A stretch of 64,000 nt of DNA. Source: Adineta vaga (taxonomy: Eukaryota; Animalia; Rotifera). The stretch is taken from the NCBI GenBank assembly GCA_021613535.1, contig CP075496.1, positions 3,534,001 through 3,598,000 of the forward strand, read 5' to 3'. This document shows positions 43,401 to 54,931 of the stretch, piece by piece; the stretch's first letter is position 1, and each line of letters begins with the position of its first letter. A program made the position numbers and the translations under genes. The notes under the pieces were generated by a model, which worked only from the letters and a program-made list of their open reading frames with translations, was not told the DNA's origin and ran no database searches.

Positions 43401-46400
43401 ATCCATGAATGATGTTGATCAAGTACGAGAACAATTAGTAAATGAAATAGACGATCCTTCCGGTTTACAAGAAATGATCAGTGCAGCTATTCAACAAGCA
43501 CAACAAAATATTCATTCAGATGTAAGTTCAAGAAAAAGAAAGATATTTTCAAGTTTCTTTTTCATCGTTTTAGCATTTGGATATTCCTCGTCCAAGAACA
43601 AAATCAATTCCAACGATTGTTGCTGATCAACGTCATCCACCTCATATTCACTCATCAGCAACGAGTATATCAGATGAATTAGACCTTTCTCATGAAGATA
43701 GTACCGGTGATCGATCAAGTGAATTAGCTGCTCAACTTGATTATCTTCGACGAATGTCACGTTACGAACACTTAATGGACGAACAACAACGTGAAGCAAC
43801 CAATTTAGAAAATAATCAAATACATGATATAGATCCTGCATTTCATACAACATTCAGTGATGAAGATGCGGAGTTATTGGCAAGTAATTATTTAAAGAGT
43901 GTTCGTGAAGAACAACCAACATCTGATGAACATGAAGACGAGGACGACAACGAAAAAGATGAAGATAAGAAGAAAACAAAACGTCCATCGTCGACTGATG
44001 ATCACAATAAATCATTATCGAAACATCATGATTCCGATGACGATGATGATCATGATCATGATCATAAAGGTAACAAACCATTAATATCATCAACCATTCA
44101 AGAAACAACTTCATCTGAATCATATCAACAACCGACTTCGAATGAGTCAAATCAAAAACAAACCTATCAATCTTCACAGCAACAAATGGACATGAGTACT
44201 GATTCAATCAATGAATCAATGGCCATTAGTCAAGATTCTCTTAAACGACATTCATCTGATTCTCTCGATTCCGAACAAGAATTGAAACTTCTTTCATCTG
44301 CAACTCCTCTTCTACCTTCTAATGACACAGATGATTTCATTATGAGACAACATCAAAGTGAACCAACACCAAGTCAAATGATGAAAAAATATGATGACGA
44401 TAGTTTAAATGATCTCAAATCAACAAATATTCAATATCCATTAATATCCAATGAAATCGATATTGGACAACTGCCTGTTATTCATGCACGACGTACAGCA
44501 AGTGAAAATAGTCTTTTCAGTTCATCATCATCATCATTACATATGTATGATGGGCATTCATTATCAGCATCATGTTTAGCTGATAAAGATGATTTAACAC
44601 CCTCGAATGAATATATTGATTATCAACAACAAATTCTATATGATGATACACACAAAAATCAACAAATTTATCGTGAAACAACTCGAAAAGATGTTGATGA
44701 TGATAATAATGATTTCAATCAAAGTTCATCTCCATCCACGAGTGGAGGTGGCTTTTTTGATCGTGTCAAAGCATTTGTTAGTAAACCAGTTGAAATTGTA
44801 CAAGAAGTTATGGAAAATCGTCGTAAACAACGATCAACATCGTCGTTAAATAGTAATCCAGATTTTAATGAAAAACAACTTATGGACAATGAAAATGACT
44901 CATTAACATCTTCATTACAACAACATTTTCATTCTGCTTATGAATTACATGATGATGAACAAAGTAAACTTGTTCGTAGTCCCGAATTATATGAAATGGA
45001 TCATGTTAACAATCCGAATCAAACAGATTTATTACCACATTTACATATTCAAAATCGTACACAATCAGAAACACTACTGAAAACTGATGATTCGAAGCGT
45101 AATAGTCTAGTAACAGGTAGTAATGAAATATTTGAAGAATTCCTACCAACACTTTCAAAAGAGAATTCATTGGAATTTATGCAACAACAGCAACGACTTT
45201 CAACACCATATGATGATGTGGTGGAAAAAGAATCCAGTCCTGAACATTCGGAATCTTTTAATTTACCGACAACAGCATTTTTAGATACATTTGAACCGAC
45301 AAGTAGTTGTCAAAGACCATTAGCACTCAGCGTACCTAGCCAACCACAAAAAGCAGATGAACCAATGACAGAAGAAGAATTCGATGTACTTACATCAGAT
45401 TACGTCAATCAAGTATTAACCGATGTTGTAGCTCAAATGACTGGAGACCATGATGATTCTTCTCACAGTAACAAAAGCGATAATCTATCAGCGAATAATA
45501 CTTCATCTGATAACGATGACGATGAACTTCATGAAGACGATGAACACGAACAAAAACAAAATCAAATTCCAACAGATACAAGTTCATTTGGTTTTAATGA
45601 TCGATATAGTGCTGATGAATCTTCAAATACTCGTGATCAATCTGCTGATGAAGATCATTCAGCTCGATCATCAAGAACAACAACACCAACAAAAAGTTTC
45701 CAACATTCATATACAGATATTGAAATTCTCAATACCGAAAACGCTTCAAATAGATTAGCATCACCACCACAACCACCACCTCCGCCGCCAGTTATTGTCC
45801 GTCATGGTTCTCAATCTGATACGGGAACATATTTTAGTGCAATATCACCATCAAGTGGCGGTGAATATGTCGATGCTCATGGTAAAAGTTCAACAGTTGA
45901 TGAAGATAAAATACATCTTCAACCACCTACACAATCCAATTCTAGTCAATATTTAACTGCTGATGATGAAACACCAAATTTCTTGACATCAGATGATAAT
46001 GAATATGCGGATGAAAGTGGAACAATTAATCCTGGTTATGATGATTCTAGTTCCGATGAAAAACATTCGAATGAAACTCGTTCACAAATTTCTACAACAA
46101 CGAATGAAAAATTATCGCAAGATAAGTACTCTGGTGAAGGTGAAGAAAGTAGTGGTGGAAATCTAGAAACAACTCAACGGCGAAAACGTTCTAATGAACA
46201 ACGAATATCTTTACCAATTGACACAATAAGTAATAATTCGGAAAATGTTACATCGAAAAGTGTTTCATTTAAATTAGAAGCTAATGATAATTCACCACGT
46301 TCACCTCGTCTATCACCAGGGAGTAGTGGATTTGTAGGAGGAAGTTATTTTCGAGAGGAAAGTGTTGACTCACCGATTGACGATTCGAATGAAAAACAGT

Positions 46401-48741
46401 TAATCAAAAGTATTCAAGAAGATATTCTTCGAACTAATCTTGCAACATTAAAAACTGATCTAGAATTAATTGAAAATGAAAATGAAAATGAACAACAAAC
46501 GTATCGATTAACATCAACTCCACTACCAACTACATCAACATCAACAACAAAGAAATCTTCATCTTATTCCGATTATGATGCTGGTGATGAAAGTGATCGT
46601 GATTCTTCATTAATGGATTCAATTAAATCAAGTATTCAAATACAATTAGATGATATTTATCAAGAAAAAGAATCTTTAATCGATAGAATTAAACTTAAAT
46701 TTGAACGTTCATTAGATCGTCTAGTAGAAAAAACGTTAGCTGGCGATGATGATACTAATAAATCTGACATTATTTCACCATTCACTGATCAAAGTCTTAA
46801 TCGTTCCTTACCAACAAGTGAACCAGTAACAACAACAACAACTGGTCTTATTCATGCACATAGCGAACAACATTTACAAGCTTGTCCAGATGAACTTGAT
46901 TATGGAACATTACAACGTTTTAGTTCAGATAGTTGTATAATTATTCGTGTACCTGAACAATATACACCATCATCAACATTATTTTTTGATCAATTAAGAA
47001 ATGAACAACTTGAACAAAAACCTTCCGCTGTTAATAAACAACCATCAGCATTTAGTTTTTACACAAAACAACAAGAACAACAACAGCAACAGCAGCAACA
47101 TCCTCAACCTTCAAGTAGTCCAATTGAAATGTTAACAACCAAAACTGAATTAATTGAAAATATTTCGCCTATTAATCGTTATACACCACGTTCATTAGAT
47201 GATTCATCTTTAGAATTTGGTGAACGTGATACAGGCGAAATGTCCGATGAATTTGTTCTTGTGAAAAATATTTCTCCGTCAACAAATTCGAAAGAAATCA
47301 AACATGATACACCATCACATTCATCCTCAAGTTCATCTGATAAACATGAAAGTCCAGATTTAATTGATATTCTTCAACATCAATGTGAATATCCACCACT
47401 TGATACTGGCTTCGATTTACGTTCAGGTACAACATTAGAAACTGTTTATGAAAGTCCAGAATTACGACAAGATGAAATTAAACCTGCTCTAAGTACGTTA
47501 AGTTTAACAACAAGTGATATTCTTCGTCCATTTTCAGCTGATCATAATTCATCGAATACACCAAATACAGATGATTCATTATTGGAATTTGAACGTATTG
47601 AAATGGAATTATTGAAAAATACTTCAACAACAAATATTATTGATACAGCACGTGAAATACGTTCATCAGTTGATTCATTAATACAACAACATGAGAACAA
47701 TAATGATAAAGTTGAATCATTTATTGAAAAACATTTTCCATCTATTGATAATGATGTTCAAAATGTTCTCAGTGATATTCTTGATATGGCAGGTGATTTA
47801 ACAAATTCTATTTCATCTCAATCTGATGCAACAACTGTCATTGAAAAATCTCAACGTCATTCAATTGATGATGATTTCGTCGAGATAACACATGATGATC
47901 TACAAAATCAAGAACATAATTTATTTTCATCTGATGACGATATTCGTCAGCATCAAATGAATCCATCTAGTCATGACAAACGTCGTTTATCGGCACCTAC
48001 ACATGATCCAACAACAAGACGTATTAAAACTCCTTCATCAAGTTCATCATCTTCTTCATCATTTTCTTCGACATCCCGTTCTGTGATATATTCTCAACAA
48101 AATTCAGCATCAGGCTATTCTCAACATCGTGTATTACAAGCTGAAACTGATCTTGTTAGTTTTAGACAACAAACTCAAACACAATCGGCAACAGATTTAC
48201 CATTTTTACCACCATTTGTAAATACTAATCCGATTCGAACAAAACATCAATCAACAGCATCAGTTTCATCAACTCCATCTCTTACTCATACAGAATTATC
48301 GACCGGTCATTCGAAGAAAAAAACTCATTCACATCCCGGTTCGTTAGGAGGTCATCAACAATCTCCTCGATCAACATTATCCAAAGAAGGAATCTCTTCT
48401 TCACCTTTGACATCTATGTCTTCACATTCTTCATCATCTTCTCATCATTCCGACGATTGCTATTGTGCAGATCCCTCAACTAGTCAGCAACATTAGATTA
48501 TTTTACTTGGTAAAAATCAATGGAATAAATCTCCTTCTCTCTGTCTCTTAGTCATACTTCTTCTTTATTATCGCAATTAATCATCCTTCTTCGCGCCTTT
48601 AAATTATCACTAATGCATGGTTTTCTTAGCTTGCTTGTTGTGGTTAACCATACTCATATCTAACCATCACCAACATCACATATACTTAGGCAAATGAATA
48701 TCATCTCTCTTTTGTTTATTTCAGGTGAACATCATCGTTGA
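16476..48741 (+). CDS. ANK2: Ankyrin (ANK2/UNC-44-like) locus: ankyrin repeats, ZU5-ZU5-UPA, death domain, alternatively spliced tail with giant exons
   Basis: [13 protein letters not shown] (from 20344), repeated TPLH motifs to ~24570, [21 protein letters not shown] (ZU5), [22 protein letters not shown] (UPA), death domain 27942-28445; first exon choice uncertain; symbol denotes family, not strict orthology. Confidence 0.93.
30353..32071 (+). CDS. Ankyrin large S/T/P-rich cassette exon (1.7 kb)
   Basis: CAG acceptor and GT donor, phase 1-1, open frame matching ORF 30478..32187. Confidence 0.8.
32139..32985 (+). promoter_or_regulatory. Intronic (T)GCATG cluster, putative Rbfox splicing elements
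   Basis: Nine GCATG at 32139, 32175, 32425, 32451, 32687, 32791, 32845, 32894, 32981. Confidence 0.7.
33451..43521 (+). CDS. Ankyrin giant exon (~10.07 kb, ~3,360 aa, acidic E/S/T/H-rich) with two apparent frameshifts
   Basis: TTTACAG acceptor at 33450 in phase with upstream exon; ORFs 33442..38130, 38036..42235 and an open frame from ~42097 to 43521 share composition; GTAAGT donor at 43522. Confidence 0.85.
37288..37872 (+). repeat. Coding tandem repeat, 3 x 195 nt (65 aa)
   Basis: ACTG(C/T)TTTAGAATC recurs at 37321, 37516, 37711; unit [32 protein letters not shown]... Confidence 0.95.
38125..39250 (+). repeat. Coding higher-order repeat, ~450 nt period
   Basis: ATCGATGAAACTAATGCTGAACC at 38564 and 39014; diverged copy from ~38125. 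Confidence 0.9.
43574..48496 (+). CDS. Ankyrin terminal giant exon (4.9 kb, ~1,640 aa)
   Basis: 52-nt phase-0 intron 43522-43573 joins it in frame to the giant exon; ORF 43577..48496. Confidence 0.88.
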   Translation, partial: HLDIPRPRTKSIPTIVADQRHPPHIHSSATSISDELDLSHEDSTGDRSSELAAQLDYLRRMSRYEHLMDEQQREATNLENNQIHDIDPAFHTTFSDEDAELLASNYLKSVREEQPTSDEHEDEDDNEKDEDKKKTKRPSSTDDHNKSLSKHHDSDDDDDHDHDHKGNKPLISSTIQETTSSESYQQPTSNESNQKQTYQSSQQQMDMSTDSINESMAISQDSLKRHSSDSLDSEQELKLLSSATPLLPSNDTDDFIMRQHQSEPTPSQMMKKYDDDSLNDLKSTNIQYPLISNEIDIGQLPVIHARRTASENSLFSSSSSSLHMYDGHSLSASCLADKDDLTPSNEYIDYQQQILYDDTHKNQQIYRETTRKDVDDDNNDFNQSSSPSTSGGGFFDRVKAFVSKPVEIVQEVMENRRKQRSTSSLNSNPDFNEKQLMDNENDSLTSSLQQHFHSAYELHDDEQSKLVRSPELYEMDHVNNPNQTDLLPHLHIQNRTQSETLLKTDDSKRNSLVTGSNEIFEEFLPTLSKENSLEFMQQQQRLSTPYDDVVEKESSPEHSESFNLPTTAFLDTFEPTSSCQRPLALSVPSQPQKADEPMTEEEFDVLTSDYVNQVLTDVVAQMTGDHDDSSHSNKSDNLSANNTSSDNDDDELHEDDEHEQKQNQIPTDTSSFGFNDRYSADESSNTRDQSADEDHSARSSRTTTPTKSFQHSYTDIEILNTENASNRLASPPQPPPPPPVIVRHGSQSDTGTYFSAISPSSGGEYVDAHGKSSTVDEDKIHLQPPTQSNSSQYLTADDETPNFLTSDDNEYADESGTINPGYDDSSSDEKHSNETRSQISTTTNEKLSQDKYSGEGEESSGGNLETTQRRKRSNEQRISLPIDTISNNSENVTSKSVSFKLEANDNSPRSPRLSPGSSGFVGGSYFREESVDSPIDDSNEKQLIKSIQEDILRTNLATLKTDLELIENENENEQQTYRLTSTPLPTTSTSTTKKSSSYSDYDAGDESDRDSSLMDSIKSSIQIQLDDIYQEKESLIDRIKLKFERSLDRLVEKTLAGDDDTNKSDIISPFTDQSLNRSLPTSEPVTTTTTGLIHAHSEQHLQACPDELDYGTLQRFSSDSCIIIRVPEQYTPSSTLFFDQLRNEQLEQKPSAVNKQPSAFSFYTKQQEQQQQQQQHPQPSSSPIEMLTTKTELIENISPINRYTPRSLDDSSLEFGERDTGEMSDEFVLVKNISPSTNSKEIKHDTPSHSSSSSSDKHESPDLIDILQHQCEYPPLDTGFDLRSGTTLETVYESPELRQDEIKPALSTLSLTTSDILRPFSADHNSSNTPNTDDSLLEFERIEMELLKNTSTTNIIDTAREIRSSVDSLIQQHENNNDKVESFIEKHFPSIDNDVQNVLSDILDMAGDLTNSISSQSDATTVIEKSQRHSIDDDFVEITHDDLQNQEHNLFSSDDDIRQHQMNPSSHDKRRLSAPTHDPTTRRIKTPSSSSSSSSSFSSTSRSVIYSQQNSASGYSQHRVLQAETDLVSFRQQTQTQSATDLPFLPPFVNTNPIRTKHQSTASVSSTPSLTHTELSTGHSKKKTHSHPGSLGGHQQSPRSTLSKEGISSSPLTSMSSHSSSSSHHSDDCYCADPSTSQQH
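48725..48741 (+). CDS. Ankyrin short-isoform terminal exon (..GEHHR*)
   Basis: Pyrimidine tract plus TTTCAG acceptor; in frame with the phase-1 donors (e.g. 32590). Confidence 0.6.
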
Positions 48742-48966
48742 AGATTCTGTTTACATGAAGGGGTAGTCTTGTATCATGTATCGACAATAATCGTTTTTGT
48801 TTTTTCATTATTTGTGTGTTTAATTGAAATTAATTTTCTTTTTGTCTCTGTATGCTATTTATAATATAGGAGCATAATTGGTTGAAAAAAAAGAACTCTT
48901 AATGACGACAAAAACATTATTAAATACGTGTGAAACACGTCTTATTATATATCAAAATTAAAGTCA

Positions 48967-48967
<1 letters not shown>

Positions 48968-48999
<32 letters not shown>
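48968..48999. repeat. (TAT)n microsatellite in the ankyrin 3' region
   Basis: About 10 tandem TAT units. Confidence 0.85.
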
Positions 49000-49355
49000 C
49001 TTCTTCTTACAAATAAAAACGAGATACATTTTTTCATTATCTTTATATATCAAATTATTTCTCGTTTTTTCTTATACAAACTGTCGTCGTGTTTCTTCAA
49101 TCTTTCATGCGATTTATAATTTGCTGCTTCTTTGTTTCTTTTCATTCTTTCTTTCTTCTCTACGTCTTTGCTTTGCTATGTATGTTCATTTGCATTATTA
49201 TCTTTCAGAACAAAATACACAAACTCAATTCTAATAATAGTCTATGAACAAAACCAAAAGACTTTCTTTTTCTTTGTATATATGTATAATATAAAGAGAA
49301 CCGAATTACAAAGAAAAATGTAAAAGACATTGCCATGAATTTGGAAAATCAAAGA

Positions 49356-52009
49356 TTAATCCTAAAAGAAAAAAGAAGAATAATAATGGTCGAGTTTATT
49401 TTAAATTTATTTACGTATGGAGGAATTTTGTATAGATCTCTGGATTTTGGTACCAAAGTTGTATTTGATTGATCAGCTGCATCACGAAGATTGACTAATC
49501 GATAATGTAATTCGGCATGTCCAAACTAGAAATACAGAGATCATTATAAGATTTGCATTTGATATTGATGATAAAGAACAATCGGTTATTTAAAAATAAG
49601 TTTACTTACGTTTGAAAGTGTACTGATAATTGAGAGTCGTTCATCATGTTGAATAGGTAAGGATTTTAATGGCAATCTCCATCGGCCAGTTAATAAACGA
49701 GTTCTATGATCGAAAATTGGCATTTTAACCCAAGCAGCTGTAAGAAATGGTTCATATGATGCTTGTTTCGATGTTGCTTGAATTTCAACAATAATCTTCA
49801 ATGATTGTTGTGGTGGACATCTACAAAAAGAGTAAATTTGTTTTTTTATGTATAAAGAAATAAAAATTATTTCATTAATAAACCTCGGTACAGGTTGTTT
49901 TGTAGCCACATAAGCGGTTCGCATAGTATCATTACTTAATTCATCAACGGACAATTCACATTTACAAGGATCTAATTGTGTTGGTTCACCGAGACCTGTT
50001 TGTTCATGATGAAGACAAGTAATTAATCGAATTTGATCAATAGTTGGTGATAAATTTGAAATATAATCGAAAAAGATTACAAAACCATCTGTAGCATCAT
50101 ATGGTGGAGTGTTTTGTCTTGAAACAAAAGGATCATAAGCTGGCGATGATATACGATTCGTACGTTGAAAATGATCATTTTGACGAGTTGATGAATGAAT
50201 CAATGAATTCATCGGTTGATTTCCATGTACTCTTGGTATAGAATAACTATGATCATCATTTGTAAAGACAGGATCAGGTACTCGACTTGATGATGAGCCG
50301 AATTCTAATTTTTTAGTTCCTGAACAACAAGAAAGTTAAGATCTTTGTTTCTTAAAAGATATTACTTACGTGAATCTAATCCTTGAAATCGAAATTGCAA
50401 TTCATCAAGTTCATTTCGAAGTCGTTGATTTTCATTTTTAACTACTGTTAATTTACTGGATGTAAGATCAACTCCTGGAAATGGTGGAACTGGTTGAACT
50501 ATAAGAAGAAAAAGGACACAAAATTGAATATTCGAAAAATAAATCAAATATAGTTTCATACATTTCTGACGTATTAAAGGTTCGGGATTATCTTTGATAA
50601 TTGGATAATGTTCATATCGACTTAATCTCCGTTCTATATCCGAATAACCAACAAGTACGGCTGGATTGTGACCACCCGATTGTAGATATGAATTACGCAT
50701 ATTTCTAGAATTAGAATTCATTTTTAAAGAATTGATTTCATTAGTTCTACCTGATATCATCACCAGATGTTCGTCGTTGTGGTGGAAGATATGGTAACGA
50801 TGGTAATTCAGTTGAGTATGCTCGTCGACTAAAGAAAAATATTTTTAAATAAAATATTTGCAGTACAATTTAATACTTGTTAAGAGGATCTGTAAGTATA
50901 TGTAAATTTCTCTGACTCTGATCTCGTTGTTCTTTCATATCACGTAAAATTTTATGTGCTTCATAATTTGGTACAGTGGTTAGTTGATCATTGTTAAGGG
51001 TTAGTTTTTTAAGTTTGATTTGAATAACTACAAAAAAAAATGAAATAAAATCATTTACTTAGATGTAGGATCGAAACTAGTTTGAAAATTACGTCGACGT
51101 TCTTGTTCAAGACGAGCATTTTCTCGTTTTAAACCTTCTAATTGATTTCGTTCATGATTGCTTAAACCATTTGTTTGATACGACTACAAGTCGAAGCAAA
51201 AAACTAAATTTCAAAGAAAAATTTTGAAAGAAAATTTACATATGATCCAGGTGGATCTTGTAAATATGACATTTGTTTTAAAATATCACGTTCTTGTACT
51301 TCTAATCGTTCATACTATAGAAGAAGAATATTGAAAAACAAATGAATTCAATTGAAAGTGTATATTTACTTCAGATAAAATATGATCACGATCATCCTTG
51401 TATTTTCTATGTGTAACAGGTTTTCGTACTTTTTGTGCGTTGTAATAAGCTTGATCTTCCATGTCTTTGATATTTTGAAGCATAGATCGTTTATTTTTCC
51501 AATTGTTAACTTCATTTCGTTTCTAAAATCAAAAACTTTGTTTTACTATTATAGATCAGCAAAGCTATTCTTTTAAATATGATTGACACTTCTAGTTGTT
51601 AAAGTAACTTTCATGGAACAGATAAAGCATAGAATTTCCAAACAATTCTTTCTACAACAAATGAATCCACTCAAAAAAAGTCTCTATTGTCTCATCAGCA
51701 AATGAATTATCACTATCTTAATGAATATGTCAATTTGATATACATTAAAAACTTTATAATTAAAACGTTTCATATTACTCTGTTGATTGATGTTTGATAG
51801 TTAGCACCTCGTCTTGATGAGGGTCGATCGCGTACATAATTTGCCTTTGGATATCGACTAGCAATTTCATCATCAGAACTATGATATTTTCTTCCTATAC
51901 CAGAATCCTTCACACCCACACAAAATTTTGTTTTATGTTTGGCTAAAGCTTCATCATTAGGAAATGTCATTCCACACTGAGCACATTTAATCGTTTGATA
52001 TAATGGCAT
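49356..52009 (-). CDS. CCDC17: CCDC17-like protein, multi-exon
   Basis: N-terminal CAQCGMTF..LAKHKTKFCVG zinc-finger-like motif, central coiled coil, C-terminal YDATDGFVIFFDY..AAWVKMPIFD..LLTGRWRLP domain. Confidence 0.8.
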
Positions 52010-54931
52010 TTCTTCGAAACTGATTGGAATTCTTCTTGCGTAGTTAATGATCCTGGACAAGCATAAAAATCCGGATTGTTTTTGTCTAAATTATTTGAAT
52101 ATGATTTAATCGATGTTTACGTATATTGAGACACAAGCAAATGTAAAGATTTTTTACTTGACAAAGATTTCATTTTTTTCTTTTCTAATTTCAATCAATA
52201 GGATGAAAGGTTTCATTTTCTTTCTCTGTCATCTTTCAAGTTGATAATGAATGCTTGAGGGTTTAGTTCACTTTTTTTCCTCTCTCTCTGTTTAACTTCA
52301 ATTGTTAGTTAATTCACCTACACTTACCTTCACGTCAAAATACAAATCTGTATGAAACTTTGATGTTATGGTAATATTTTTCTTTTTCCATTCATTCATT
52401 CTTTTACTTCTCTCTCACTTTTTTTCTTCGAGATTACGAACAGAAAAATAATATATAAACTCAAAAGATTGTTTGCATTTTAATTATATACTTTCTTTTT
52501 TATTTTGCTTGACCATGTGTTTCATATTCAAAAAAATGAATTCGTTCGTTCTATTCAAACACTTGAGTATATATGCGTACAATTCCATCTGACATTTATC
52601 TTTCTTAGCAACGACAATACAATTCTCTTTTCCTAATGAAAAAAATGTTGATGTTTAGGTATTGTTGACACATTCTTTTGATGGTAAAGAATAAACAAAT
52701 GATCAGAAAATTTCAAATGTTTGATGTTATTAAGAGAAAATAATAGAAATCGTGATGAAAAGTTTAATAGTCGCTATGGATTGAATTTGATGAGAGGCGT
52801 GTGTATAAAGTCACTATATTGGACAATAAAATACTTTGCAATTGCATTTCATTAAGAGAATGAAGATTTATGTTGGTAATATATCTCTACAAATAAGTAA
52901 TAGAAGAAACTCAAATATATGCAGAAGATTGCAATACGATCTCTAAAAGACCATTTGTTATTTCGACGAATGAATCTCCAAAGATTTCGGTACAAATAAG
53001 ATAAGAAATGCTGTTAGATCGATTAATCGAAAAGAATATTTCATTGCAATTTTCTTCTACATACTCAAAACTGATCAATGGATTAGACATTCATGATTTA
53101 TTCTATTTCTCTAATTAAAAGGATATCATCTGTCCTTCGGTTATTTTTATAAATACATCGTCTTTGTCAGATAACGACTTTTTTTTTCTCTCAATAAAAT
53201 CAACTTATTTCGATACGTAGTTATTCAAACTATTATTTCTTATATCTCATGTTTATTCTGAACTAAATCAACAAATGAACTCCTTTTTGGACAAATATAA
53301 CACCTAACAACGTCCTTTTCTCGTACATATTTGTATTTGATGAATGTCCTCTTGAACGACATTGAAATGGTTTGAACTAATTTTAGTCGTTATTTTAAAT
53401 TCTAAAAATCAAACAAGACATTTATGAACAAGTTTATACGCAAAAAAAATGATGTATGCTATCGATATCTAATACAATATTTGCATGAAATCTAATCATT
53501 TATTGACTAGAATGAATTTTACCTGCGTACTTTCGAATGATAGATTATACTTATCAAATTTCTTAATTATTGTGCATATAGAAGCGATATGTTATGCATA
53601 GTTTTATTATGATAGTAGCACATTTTACAAGCGATTCTTCGACGTGAATTCATACTCGATATATGTTAAAAATAGACGATTTCTATTTCATCGAAGCATT
53701 TCTTTATGAAAAGGTCGAATCTTTTGAAATGTATTCAAAAAAATCAATATCGATTTCTTTTTATCTATTGACATTTTATTAATTAGACAATATTTATCTT
53801 CTAAAAGCTATACTAGTCCCAAGAACTGAAATAAATATCCTTTATCTGATGAGTCTTTCAAGGCTATACGAATGAAAAGAAAAACGATCTATTAGATGGA
53901 AATTGAATAGTGTATATTTTTTGTACTAGGTAATATTCATTCATTCTTAGTTTTAACCGATTGGATAGATATAATTTCATTCTTATCAATTGATACAATC
54001 AATTCGTCAAATAATATGTTAATTTCGAAATAAAATACTGAGTTTTTTTTTTAATTTTGATATACAATATTTATACTTGTCAAGTCTTGTTTGTCGTATA
54101 TTTAGTTTGAAGTTGATATAAATAGTCAGATGAATTGTAAGTAAATTATATTAGAATTGACTATCGATGAATTTCTTGTCAACAAACAGGTATAAATGTT
54201 GTTCTGAATCGATCGATGAATGCGTAAATTATGATGTTTTATTGATTGAATGAAGCCTTGAAATTTAAAGAAATAGTTTGTTGACGAACTGAATCGATTC
54301 TTTTCCTCTTTTCCTTTTCTTTAGTCTCTACGAGAATAATGCATACATGAATATATATATATATATATATTGAGAAAGAGAGAGAGAGAAAAAGTCAGAA
54401 AAACTTACTTCTGCCAGTCATTTTTTTGTTTTTATTACATTTCTATAGCCTTCATCGTCATTGTATTATTCTTGATCTTTTTTAGTCTCTTTATCATCGA
54501 TGCCGCGAAAATATTATTATTTTCTTCTTCTTCTTTGTTGTCTGCAACTCATAATGTTATATAGTCAGCTCATCCCCTTAAGGCTTTATGTACATAACCT
54601 TCATGTTTTTTGTTCTATTACTATCACTTATACCAAATATTATCGTTTATTCATACAAAGTGCTCCTACTATCTTCCTAGAATGCCCTTCTTATTTTGTC
54701 TTATTTCGCACGAAATTAGTTCTTATTAGTCTCCATGCATGTAACAAGTTATTGAAAAGAACATTATCAATAAAAATGATCAAAAAATAAATCTTTTCCT
54801 TCACTTCATTAGTTCCCTTTTGACATATACTATACCTTATATTGAATAGAGATACGTTATTTCTAGATATAATCTCTTTTGAAGGATAAATGAATATATA
54901 TTTCGATTGGAAATCATGACGTTCTTTCGAG

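Noticed and set aside
30972-45758. Antisense and alternate-frame ORFs over the large ankyrin exons
   Set aside because: Shadows of biased codon usage and repeats
52100-54900. Long intergenic region checked for a transposon or RNA gene
   Set aside because: No terminal repeats, transposase motifs or RNA structure evident by eye
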